Positions 51,803 through 60,594 of a stretch of 64,000 nucleotides of DNA are shown here, piece after piece. Made by a program: the position numbers and the translations under genes. Positions within the stretch are counted from its first letter, which is position 1. Every line of letters starts with the position of its first letter. The notes under the pieces were generated by a model, which had not been told where the DNA came from, ran no database searches, and saw only the letters and a list, made by a program, of their open reading frames with translations. The stretch comes from Candidatus Riflebacteria bacterium HGW-Riflebacteria-2 (lineage in GTDB: Bacteria; Muiribacteriota; Ozemobacteria; Ozemobacterales; Ozemobacteraceae): the NCBI GenBank assembly GCA_002839435.1, contig PGYA01000020.1, positions 8,312-72,311 on the forward strand, in the 5' to 3' direction.

Positions 51803-51989
51803 AGGTTACTCCTCATTTTTTGTTTGCGTTTAACATGAACATCCACCGCCATGATATAGCCCCCCCTCAACAATGTCAAGAAATACGCCTCTGTATATGT
51901 TCGTTGAGTAAATGACGTTATGTGGGAGTCTTGGCAGCTGCACTTGTGTGACTGTCACTGACAAGAGACGCCTTTATCTAGAAGGAATC

Positions 51990-53699
51990 TTAATTTCGCG
52001 TGCTTGTGTGTCTGCGTCTGAAAAACATGCCGGCCAAAGTTGTTATAGATATAATGTACGCAATGATTTTGAGTGTGGAATGTTCAAATTGAATTGTAAT
52101 ATGGCCTGATTTCGCAGCCTGAATCGATAACTGAACAAGTCCGTTCTCGCTTTGCGAAATGGGCAGCCTTTTGTTGTTCAGGTAAGCGTTATAACCTATG
52201 TAATAGATAACCGGGAATTCAAGTGTCAGCTCATTAGAAGCGTTGCTGAAGATCAAATCAATTTTATTGCCGGTTTTGGCATATCTTTCTATAGATAGTT
52301 CACCTGTTAAGGGGATCGGTGTAGCCGGCCTCTTCATTGATGCACGATTGAACTTCGCTGGCAAATATTCACCTCTTCCGATGCTTATAACAGGAGGTTT
52401 ATAAGTTATGGGTTCTGCATAGTTGTCTGCAATAAGCATCAGGATATTTGATGTCAGGAATCCTGAGATTATAGCTATTGTCGTAAGAGAGAAATACCAG
52501 AATGAGAATTTCCTGGCCAGAAAATGAAATGATACGATCGCGCATAGCATTGAAAATGAATACGCTACCAGAAGGAATATGCGCCATGGGAACTGAATGT
52601 ACTTCATCAGAGGAATATTTTCTACAAGAGACCAGGGAAATAAATTGGTTGTCATAATACAGAGAAAGACAGTAGTTAAGAATAGCAATGCTGTTCTTGG
52701 ATACCATTGCTTTTTCTTTAGCCAGACATAGCAGTAGTAAATCAGAGCCATCGCCATTAAATAAATTATCAGGAGTAAATTGCTGTGCGGGGGCGTACAT
52801 ATTGTTATTGCCTGCTCGGTTAAAGATCCAAACGGGTTTTTAACGTTGTAATAAAACTGGTTGCTTTGCATTTGTTCAATCAACGGCAGTAAAAAAGCGG
52901 CACTCAAGAATGCAGTCATTAAAATTGATTTTAGTAGCATGTATTTTTGCTGCCAGCTTTGCCGAAATTTAATTATTATGAGCATCAAAATGCAGATACT
53001 TACCATTAAGGTGGTGATGACGTGTGAATAGAGAAGTCCGAGCATGCCAAATGTAAGGATTCTCCAATTGCCCTTTTTGACGCAAAAGACTTCTGTTAAC
53101 CCCCAGGCAACAATTGGGAGAAAAACAAACGACAAAATTTCTCCTAACGCGCCGCGTAAATAAATGTTTATCAGGCGATATGGAAATGCTATGTAAAATA
53201 GTGTTGCCAGGATTGCTAGTTCTTGCTCTACGGTAAAAAAATGACTTGGGTTCTGAACATAGTATTGGCTGATTTTTAAATTAGACAGCAATCTGTTCGT
53301 TGCAAAATACATTGAAACGGCGGTAGTGATTGTAATCAGAACAAGAAATATCTGATATGCTCTAATAAGTTCAAGGCCTGCTAAGGCTAATATCGCAGGT
53401 ATATACAGCAACAAATCCGGGTAAAACAATGATGAGGCGTAGCCGAAATCATTTATGGAATCGCCGTAGATAGTTGGCAATATGTTGCCCAGTTGTAAGT
53501 TCGCCTTTATACTTTGAATACGTGCCAGGTGGAACGGCATGTCATCCAGAATGTTCATGGAGTTTCTAAAACATGGAAAACATGAGGCAGCTACAGAAAG
53601 CAGCAAAATGATTATTAACGGCCAGACTGACTTATCGTTCAAGAAAGTTCGTTCGTGGCTGTGCTTATAAATAAATACTTGCATCTTGTTGATTCTCAA
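51990..53699 (-). CDS. GT-C-type membrane protein (YfhO-like)
   Basis: 569 aa and polytopic. The N-terminal loop DDMPFHLARIQSIKANLQLGNILP resembles the YfhO family. It has a C-terminal soluble domain followed by a TM. Confidence 0.55.
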   Translation of the reverse strand: MRINKMQVFIYKHSHERTFLNDKSVWPLIIILLLSVAASCFPCFRNSMNILDDMPFHLARIQSIKANLQLGNILPTIYGDSINDFGYASSLFYPDLLLYIPAILALAGLELIRAYQIFLVLITITTAVSMYFATNRLLSNLKISQYYVQNPSHFFTVEQELAILATLFYIAFPYRLINIYLRGALGEILSFVFLPIVAWGLTEVFCVKKGNWRILTFGMLGLLYSHVITTLMVSICILMLIIIKFRQSWQQKYMLLKSILMTAFLSAAFLLPLIEQMQSNQFYYNVKNPFGSLTEQAITICTPPHSNLLLIIYLMAMALIYYCYVWLKKKQWYPRTALLFLTTVFLCIMTTNLFPWSLVENIPLMKYIQFPWRIFLLVAYSFSMLCAIVSFHFLARKFSFWYFSLTTIAIISGFLTSNILMLIADNYAEPITYKPPVISIGRGEYLPAKFNRASMKRPATPIPLTGELSIERYAKTGNKIDLIFSNASNELTLEFPVIYYIGYNAYLNNKRLPISQSENGLVQLSIQAAKSGHITIQFEHSTLKIIAYIISITTLAGMFFRRRHTSTRN

Positions 53700-53846
53700 C
53701 GAAACGTCCCGGTATTTTCTCAGAGAATTTTACCAGAAACAGAGTGCGGTTTAAATATTTCCTGCTTCATCACTTATCGGCTTGACCAATTTTCTCAGAC
53801 CACCGCTCTTAACCGATTTAATATGCTCACAAACACTTGTGTTGCA

Positions 53847-55373
53847 TTACTGCCAATGAGGAAGATCGCATTCTCCAATTCCTCTGCGTAAGATTTGAGC
53901 GTCATTTTCAAATGAACCATAGATAAGCAGTTGCTGATCAGCATGATCAAAAACTACTTTATGCCTCACCAAAGAATCTATTTTCGCAAATTCAGCTTTT
54001 TCGACCCAAACCCCTTTAATGACTATCAGATTGTTGTTTGCTCGTGCAAAAATTTCGCTGATAACTGGAATATTCAGCCGATTTCTCTCTTTCTCTGAAA
54101 GCTTCGGAGCAATAAATTGTGCAAAATGATTTTCAGTGCCTGGAATTATTTTCTTATCCAACCCCACGAGATAACCAGACCAAGTTGAATAAACCATGGC
54201 ATTGTCGCCAGAAGCAAGCTTAGATGCCATTTTCGTCATGCGAATTATGCCTTGGATTCTCCACTTTTCGAGATGACCACTGAGTCCTGTAATGCCGTTA
54301 CCTGTTAATGTTGCTCTTGTAACTGTCGAAAGCCCTGAGACGTAATAAACTATCAATATTACTGTAACTAAAATCCTTGTTGCAGGTTTTAATGTCGCTT
54401 CGGAAGACAAAAAGACTGAAGCCAAAGGGATTAGCATTGCAAAAAGCATAACGAAATACTGTTCGTAAGTAGGACTGGGTAGTAAATGTGCAATTGCAAT
54501 TGCAATTCCAATTCCAAATATTGGTAGGCTATGATCTCTGCTTTTTTTTAACAAAATAGATCCTAAGGCTGCAAAAAAAATAATCCAGCTCTGGATTCCC
54601 ATGTCACGCTCTGATCCATATATACCTAATGCGCGAAAGACTGTATCAAGTTTCTGACGCCAATTTCCAATAAGCCCAGAATCCCCTCGAAGTGCATGAT
54701 ACTCAAAGTTTGAAAACAAAAATCTATCGGGATCCATATTATAGAAGAAGCCAAATATTATAAAACAGGCAAACCCAAAAACAATTAAAAACTCAAGACA
54801 GGCTCTCTTTCTGTTTTGCGTTGATATATTGACAATTGGCGACCATAATATTGTGCCTGCAATAGGAACAATACAAATAGCCATTGGCAATCTGACTCCG
54901 GTACAACATGCAATTATTATTGCGGCAGTTATGTGAGGCAATCTAGTTCGGTTTGTCAATATGATGCAGGTCGAGATTACAGTGAGCAGGATTGAGACTG
55001 GATAAGATTTGATTACGGTTCCCCAATTAAGCATCCAGCCAGAGAATGCATACATCGTTAAGCAGAGAGTGCCAGTTGAATCACCATATTGAGATCTTAT
55101 CGCTCTAGACATCATTAAACAAGAAATTGAACAAAATAGAGCACTTAAAATGCGGGCATAATACCACGATAAAGTTCCATGTTTTGCTGCAATCGAGTAT
55201 ATATAAGGCAATATAGGTGCTTGGGGATAAAAAAAATCTAGATAAGGGACGTATCCTTGAGATACTAGTTCGGATGCATAGAGGTAATATCCTTCATCCG
55301 CATCAATAAATCGGCTTACTGACATAGCCAAAAGAATTAAAATAGTAGTTAGTTCTGCAAAATGATATTTCAT
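53847..55373 (-). CDS. GT-C glycosyltransferase (ArnT/PMT, GT39/GT83-like)
   Basis: 508 aa. The first-loop motif is FIDADEGYYLYASELVSQGYVPYLDFFYPQAP (acidic DE motif). About 11 TM segments, with a C-terminal soluble domain. Confidence 0.65.
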   Translation of the reverse strand: MKYHFAELTTILILLAMSVSRFIDADEGYYLYASELVSQGYVPYLDFFYPQAPILPYIYSIAAKHGTLSWYYARILSALFCSISCLMMSRAIRSQYGDSTGTLCLTMYAFSGWMLNWGTVIKSYPVSILLTVISTCIILTNRTRLPHITAAIIIACCTGVRLPMAICIVPIAGTILWSPIVNISTQNRKRACLEFLIVFGFACFIIFGFFYNMDPDRFLFSNFEYHALRGDSGLIGNWRQKLDTVFRALGIYGSERDMGIQSWIIFFAALGSILLKKSRDHSLPIFGIGIAIAIAHLLPSPTYEQYFVMLFAMLIPLASVFLSSEATLKPATRILVTVILIVYYVSGLSTVTRATLTGNGITGLSGHLEKWRIQGIIRMTKMASKLASGDNAMVYSTWSGYLVGLDKKIIPGTENHFAQFIAPKLSEKERNRLNIPVISEIFARANNNLIVIKGVWVEKAEFAKIDSLVRHKVVFDHADQQLLIYGSFENDAQILRRGIGECDLPHWQ

Positions 55374-55435
55374 AGGAACTGAAAAGTAATATTAATTTTT
55401 CATCCATTTGGTGGTAATTATATATCTTTCTATGA

Positions 55436-56686
55436 TTAACTTCTTTCTTTTAGTAAGTTGCAGGGATCCAAAATTTTCGTTTTTATTAGTTGACACATCC
55501 AGAGAACCAAAAATATCCATAATATATAAGCCACATCTATTGTAACTCCGCCCCAGCGACCCAAGCTTGAGTCTGCATAATACCATGGTAAACCGCCACA
55601 CCATGAAGTATATACAAGAAATAAAAAACATCCACCCACCAGATTAACGAACAATGCTCCTCTTTGGCCGAGAAATATACTCGGAATTACCATCCAGGAC
55701 AAATACTGAACGCCAAAGCCTGGTGTAAAAACAAAAAACAACAAAAAAGTCCAGCTTACTGCAAATAGAAAAAATTTTCCTCGTATGGTTTTTTCTTCGC
55801 GTTTCTCTTGTCGGCAAAATTTGTGGAAGAACTTAGATATCGCAAATATCGAAATGGTGGTTCCAGAAAATATCAACAGTTTACCTAACAGGCTATAATT
55901 AATTGCCGCCTGAAAACCGAATTGGTCGCGCAAAAATTGTCCTATTCCCCATAAGCCGTCTTGCCCACTGTAAGAAAACACATTCCTGTAAAGGCTATTA
56001 AAGTCCATAAGCGCATTATAGCCATATCCAATAACAAACGTTGTAAAAAGCACCGCGCCAAAAACTGTTTTCTCTTTCCAGCTTCGGAGGAAAAAAAAGA
56101 ATGCGGGCAGTGTAATAAGCGGTACAATTTTTATATTTAAGGATAAACCAAGAATTGCAGCGGCTAAAATTACTCCTTCTCGCTTCAAATAATAGTAAGT
56201 TGCAAGAGTAATTAAGAACATAAACACCGTATCTGTATTGCCATGGAAACCGCTTACAAAAATTAATATTGGGCTGAAAGACATAATGAGGACTGAAAAG
56301 AATGCTGATTTTTCATCATAATATTCATTTGATAACTTATACACTAGGACGCAACTGCCAATATCTGCAAGAATTGCTGGCAGTCTTATCAGAAATGGGA
56401 ATCCATTATAAACATAATGTTGCAGAATATTGAATAATATAAGGACCTGACTCATAAGTGGGGGGTGATTGTAGTGCGAAATGTTTTTGTAAATATCTAC
56501 CGAGCCATTCTCTGCAATGTAATTCATAAAAAATGCCCAGGTAGTTACGTCATTTGTGCCAATGGTAGTAAATGCAAATTTTAACTTTACGACTGTTCCG
56601 GCCAATAGAGCAAAAATAAGAACAAAATGCTGAATTGCTTTGCTTGGCATCTTATCAGAAACATTATCTTTAAGTGTTTTAATCAT
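55436..56686 (-). CDS. GT-C-type integral membrane glycosyltransferase, paralogue B of 14218..15489
   Basis: 416 aa. The loop TIGTNDVTTWAFFMNYIAENGSVDIYKNISHYNHPPLMS and the whole length are collinear with paralogue A, well over half identical by eye. Confidence 0.6.
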   Translation of the reverse strand: MIKTLKDNVSDKMPSKAIQHFVLIFALLAGTVVKLKFAFTTIGTNDVTTWAFFMNYIAENGSVDIYKNISHYNHPPLMSQVLILFNILQHYVYNGFPFLIRLPAILADIGSCVLVYKLSNEYYDEKSAFFSVLIMSFSPILIFVSGFHGNTDTVFMFLITLATYYYLKREGVILAAAILGLSLNIKIVPLITLPAFFFFLRSWKEKTVFGAVLFTTFVIGYGYNALMDFNSLYRNVFSYSGQDGLWGIGQFLRDQFGFQAAINYSLLGKLLIFSGTTISIFAISKFFHKFCRQEKREEKTIRGKFFLFAVSWTFLLFFVFTPGFGVQYLSWMVIPSIFLGQRGALFVNLVGGCFLFLVYTSWCGGLPWYYADSSLGRWGGVTIDVAYILWIFLVLWMCQLIKTKILDPCNLLKERS

Positions 56687-58274
56687 AACTCGTCATCAAA
56701 TCCGAAATTTTATCATCTGTTTGAGGCAGCATTCTAATTAAAGCCAGAATTTTATAGGCAGTTATAAACACAAAAATTACTAAAATCAATGGAATAATAA
56801 ATATCAAATGGTTGCCGCTGTAATAATAGATGTAGAACCACCAGAAATCAATGCAGTTCATATGCGGTAGATCAGTGATTTTTATTTTGTTTTTATTCAT
56901 TTTGTTTGAATTATATGATCTTGATATTTTATTCATGTTGGGCAGTATTCGGGATAGCATTTCGCAATTTAGCAAGATCGGTGAAAGCCTCCAATCATAG
57001 TAAGTAGAATATACTGGCCCCTTAATTGGTTGAACGCCAACTCCGTTGGCTATTGTAAATTTTACTCTTTTTTCTGTTTCGAGAAACAAGAAGTAGCTAT
57101 AGGAATTAATAGAAACTGAAATTATTTGGACAAATACGCTTGTAAGTATTAAGCATGATATTGCTGTCTTTTCCAGAAAGTTGTGATTTTGAAGTTTCCT
57201 TTGGAGGAACTCTACTGACGCTATAATCAAAAACGGAGTTAACATGAAAAGATAACGTGGACCCCAAGCCCAATCACCATGCCAGAAATGGTTTTTGGAG
57301 AAAAAAAGTATATATATAGTAATTGTGCAGATGAAGCATATTGCTACTTTCATATGTCTTCTCCAAAAAGCTGTGAAACTGAAAAAAAAGAGTATTGTAA
57401 TGGGTGAGTAATAAAAGAAGCCTTTTCCTGGACTTAGTAGCAACCCAGCTAATCCTGATAAAACAGGGGTTCCTTGAAAAAAGTCAACCCCGATTCGATT
57501 TGCGATAAGAAAATATCCAGCCTCAAAAATAGAACCAAATCTGTAGAGGTTGTACCATAGATAAATACCGACGAATGGTATTACAGGAAAGATAAACAGG
57601 CAAAAATGCTTAGTTATTGCCTTTATGGCCAGACAATAATTATATTTCGAAGTTAAGTGCATTATGAGCATTAAGAGTAGCGGAAAAATCATCATAAATG
57701 AAGAAGGCCTGACGAGTCCTGCTATTCCCAGAGAAAATCCAGAGGCCAGAACGTCACAATGCGTTTTATACATGGTAAATCTCAGCATTGCATAGACTGC
57801 CAAGAGTATGAAAAAAGTCTCTAAAACGTGATCCCCAGGATCTTTTGAATAATACCATGCCATAGTTCCAATGCCATATAACACAGCGGAATAAACAGAT
57901 GCTTGTCTAGAATAGCCTAGAAGCAAGCAAAATAAGAACACAAGTGTTGCTGTTGCAGCTCCAAAAAATGCGCTGAGTATGCTTACAAAAAATGTTGGCG
58001 GAATTCCTGCTGCGTTGGCAAGCAGATAAAATGGCAGATAAATAATTACAGAACCAAGTCCATGCCATGAATATTCCTTGCCATCCGCTCCTACAACACC
58101 TGTTCCAGTCGGCACGGTTAGGTCAAAATTTTCAATAATTGATTTAATAACTTCTGATCTCATAACGCTAACATCAAATATATGAGCGCTTAGTGACGAT
58201 GCTGTCAAAATATAAATTGCAAAAAGCATCATAAACAAGTAAAACGCGAGCAGGGTATTATTACTAGCTTTCAT
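56679..58274 (-). CDS. GT-C-type polytopic membrane protein
   Basis: 531 aa with about 13 TM segments. It lies between the GT2-MT fusion and the GT-C paralogue and overlaps the downstream gene by 8 nt. Confidence 0.5.
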   Translation of the reverse strand: MKASNNTLLAFYLFMMLFAIYILTASSLSAHIFDVSVMRSEVIKSIIENFDLTVPTGTGVVGADGKEYSWHGLGSVIIYLPFYLLANAAGIPPTFFVSILSAFFGAATATLVFLFCLLLGYSRQASVYSAVLYGIGTMAWYYSKDPGDHVLETFFILLAVYAMLRFTMYKTHCDVLASGFSLGIAGLVRPSSFMMIFPLLLMLIMHLTSKYNYCLAIKAITKHFCLFIFPVIPFVGIYLWYNLYRFGSIFEAGYFLIANRIGVDFFQGTPVLSGLAGLLLSPGKGFFYYSPITILFFFSFTAFWRRHMKVAICFICTITIYILFFSKNHFWHGDWAWGPRYLFMLTPFLIIASVEFLQRKLQNHNFLEKTAISCLILTSVFVQIISVSINSYSYFLFLETEKRVKFTIANGVGVQPIKGPVYSTYYDWRLSPILLNCEMLSRILPNMNKISRSYNSNKMNKNKIKITDLPHMNCIDFWWFYIYYYSGNHLIFIIPLILVIFVFITAYKILALIRMLPQTDDKISDLMTSYD

Positions 58275-58325
58275 ACATTGGAGTGGTCAAATCTCTAGAG
58301 ACACGGCAGCTATGAATCTTCATGC

Positions 58326-59861
58326 TTATTTTGCGATCGATGAAGTGCTTGGCTTCTGGCGTTTCATACCACTTTCCCGAAGTGATAGTTTTAGCAATTC
58401 ATTTACTGTCGGGGTGGGTTTTGCTTCTATATAGATTTGATAAGAAAATAGGCCCATATTCATTTTTATAAGGAAGCTGTTTATGTTTATCAAAAGTGCG
58501 CTGAGGGCGTTTTTCCCAATAGCTTTAGGAAAAGGTGCTGGAATGCCTTCCATTTTAGTAACTATATAACCACATTGTTCAAAGAGTCTTTTAAATGTAT
58601 GAAATGTAAAAAGTCTCTTATGGGTTTTGTCAAGAATTCCTTGTTTGCCGTAATTAAAGTTGTTGAACAGCAGTTGAATTCTCATGACAAAAAAGCCAAT
58701 GTTGCCTGTGGTTGCAATAATTTGAGGCTTTTTTAGTTTTGATTGTGCTCGAATTCTGTCGAGAAAAATTTCAGGATTGGACAAGTGCTCAATGATGTCA
58801 AGCATTAGTATAGAGTCGAATTCTTCCAAGCATGGAATTTGCTCTGGATCTTCAAGATTGGCTTTGATAAACTTTATTTTACTGGTTCTTGAAGGAGGCA
58901 AGTCATAATAATCAATTCCGTAAGCATCAACTGATTTTTTAGCTAACAATAAGTCCAAGAACGCTCCTGTTCCGCAGCCTATGTCTAGAACTTTTGCCTT
59001 ATTCATTATGCTTTCCAAGGCATAAGAATGCGATGACGGATAACTTTCTTTAAGTTCATAGTAGCAATTATCGCTAAGGTTGAAATCAAAATTCAGCTGA
59101 TAAGCCAATGACATTTTGTGTAATCTGAAAAGAATCGTCGTTTTTGCCACATCAAAGGCATATTTCATTCCATTCACGTAGCAGATTTCGTCGCCATAAT
59201 AAGTTGGAATAGGGATTTCCTTGATTTTTAGCTGTGCATGTAAAAGCTGAATAATAATTTCTGTGTCAAAATGGAAATCATTGGTATTACGTTCAAATGG
59301 AATCTTTTTTAAGGATTCCACAGAATAAGCTCTAAAACCAGAGTGAAATTCGCTTAAGCTAGTATTTAAAAGCTTGTTTTGGAAAAATGTAAGAATTTTA
59401 TTTCCAATAAATTTGTATAAGGGCATTCCCCCTCTCAATGCGCCCCATTTCTTAAGCATTCTTGAACCAAACACTGCATCCGCTTCCCCTGAAATTATTG
59501 GCTCTGTGATCGGTTCAATCATCTCAGGAGGGTACTGCCCATCGCCATGTAGCAACACAACAACATCATAGTTATTGTCTATTGCATACCGGTAGCCCAA
59601 TTTTTGATTGCCACCATAGCCTTGGTTCGTGGGGTTGTAGAGAACCGTCAAATTGAGGGTCCGGTTTTCTCCCTGGTATTTTTTTGCAATTTGAAAAGTA
59701 TCGTCAGCAGATGAATCGTCTATTAGTAGTATTTCATAGTCATACTCGTAGACTTCTTTTGGAATTCTTGCAAAGACTTTTTCCAGAGAAGATCTGGCAT
59801 TATAAGCAACAATGAATACCAGTAACCGATATTGATTTTTTGTCGTAGCTTCTAGGCCCAC
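58326..59861 (-). CDS. Bifunctional GT2 (DPM1-like) / class I methyltransferase fusion, paralogue of 12723..14231
   Basis: 511 aa. Motifs LLVFIVAYNARSS, LIDDSSADDT, LLHGDGQYPPE, VLDIGCGTG and MLDIIEHL. Collinear with the other copy, about 70% identical by eye. Confidence 0.85.
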   Translation of the reverse strand: MGLEATTKNQYRLLVFIVAYNARSSLEKVFARIPKEVYEYDYEILLIDDSSADDTFQIAKKYQGENRTLNLTVLYNPTNQGYGGNQKLGYRYAIDNNYDVVVLLHGDGQYPPEMIEPITEPIISGEADAVFGSRMLKKWGALRGGMPLYKFIGNKILTFFQNKLLNTSLSEFHSGFRAYSVESLKKIPFERNTNDFHFDTEIIIQLLHAQLKIKEIPIPTYYGDEICYVNGMKYAFDVAKTTILFRLHKMSLAYQLNFDFNLSDNCYYELKESYPSSHSYALESIMNKAKVLDIGCGTGAFLDLLLAKKSVDAYGIDYYDLPPSRTSKIKFIKANLEDPEQIPCLEEFDSILMLDIIEHLSNPEIFLDRIRAQSKLKKPQIIATTGNIGFFVMRIQLLFNNFNYGKQGILDKTHKRLFTFHTFKRLFEQCGYIVTKMEGIPAPFPKAIGKNALSALLININSFLIKMNMGLFSYQIYIEAKPTPTVNELLKLSLRESGMKRQKPSTSSIAK

Positions 59862-60132
59862 ATTTAGATCCTGCTTATTATATTAGTGATTCGGGATTTC
59901 ACTACTTGTAAAGTAGTTGCCAACTGCATATACCTTCTTATAATGGTAAATTAAACCACATGTGGCACTAGATAGTCAAGAATCATGCCTGAACTGTTTG
60001 CCCAGCAAATTAATAATAGGGAGGCTGCTTTGAAGGCAATTGCATAACTGAGGTTTGCGGCGGGTTGAATCGGGGGCGGGGTTGTGCTAGCATGTGGAGC
60101 CTGCAAAATTATATTAACAGGAAAAAAACACA

Positions 60133-60540
60133 ATGGAAGCAGAACAGATCAGAAAAATCTATGAGGCCATGAATGACAACGGCTTCAACAGTATCGAGCT
60201 GGAACTGGGAGATGATCACAAGATCAGAATGCAGCTCGACAATGCACCAGTTTGGGATTCGGCGAATGACGCCCCCCCGGAAGCAGCAGAGCACGAAAAC
60301 GGAGTTCTTTCAACCCAGGTCGAGATAAGGTCTGACAAAGTTGGCTCATTTTCTTTCGCTGAGCGGCAGCTTAAAGCTGGTGACCACATTAAAAAAGGCG
60401 AGATACTTGGCTCGATCAAGGGCATCAGTTTTCAGGATCGCGTCAAATGCTCTCTCGATGGCACTATCGCCTCAGTGGAAGTTGAGCCGGGCACTATCGT
60501 AGATTATGGCCGCCTGCTCTTCGTCGTTAATATTGACTAA
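60133..60540 (+). CDS. accB: Biotin carboxyl carrier protein-like (AccB) lacking the canonical EAMKM motif
   Basis: 135 aa. The N-terminus EQIRKIYEAMNDNGFNSIELELGDDHKIRMQL and the biotinyl-domain frame VGSFSF...GDHIKKGEILGSIKGISFQDRVKCSLDGTIASVEVEPGTIVDYGRLLFVV fit AccB. No (A/V/S)MK(M/L) tetrapeptide is present. Confidence 0.7.
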   Translation: MEAEQIRKIYEAMNDNGFNSIELELGDDHKIRMQLDNAPVWDSANDAPPEAAEHENGVLSTQVEIRSDKVGSFSFAERQLKAGDHIKKGEILGSIKGISFQDRVKCSLDGTIASVEVEPGTIVDYGRLLFVVNID

Positions 60541-60594
60541 TCCACAGTCTGCCATAGTCTGGCAGTTAACGCACTCTTATTTTCAGGAGTACTA

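Noticed and set aside
55392-55631. 79-aa minus-strand ORF overlapping the 3' end of the GT-C paralogue.
   Set aside because: It overlaps a well-supported gene out of frame, and its hydrophobic low-complexity product is typical of A+T-rich frames.
60065-60093. TTGAAT-17 nt-TAGCAT upstream of accB as a promoter.
   Set aside because: It is a plausible pattern, but the hexamers are weak, the spacer is 271 nt with many equally good matches, and nothing else supports it. I did not list it as a feature.
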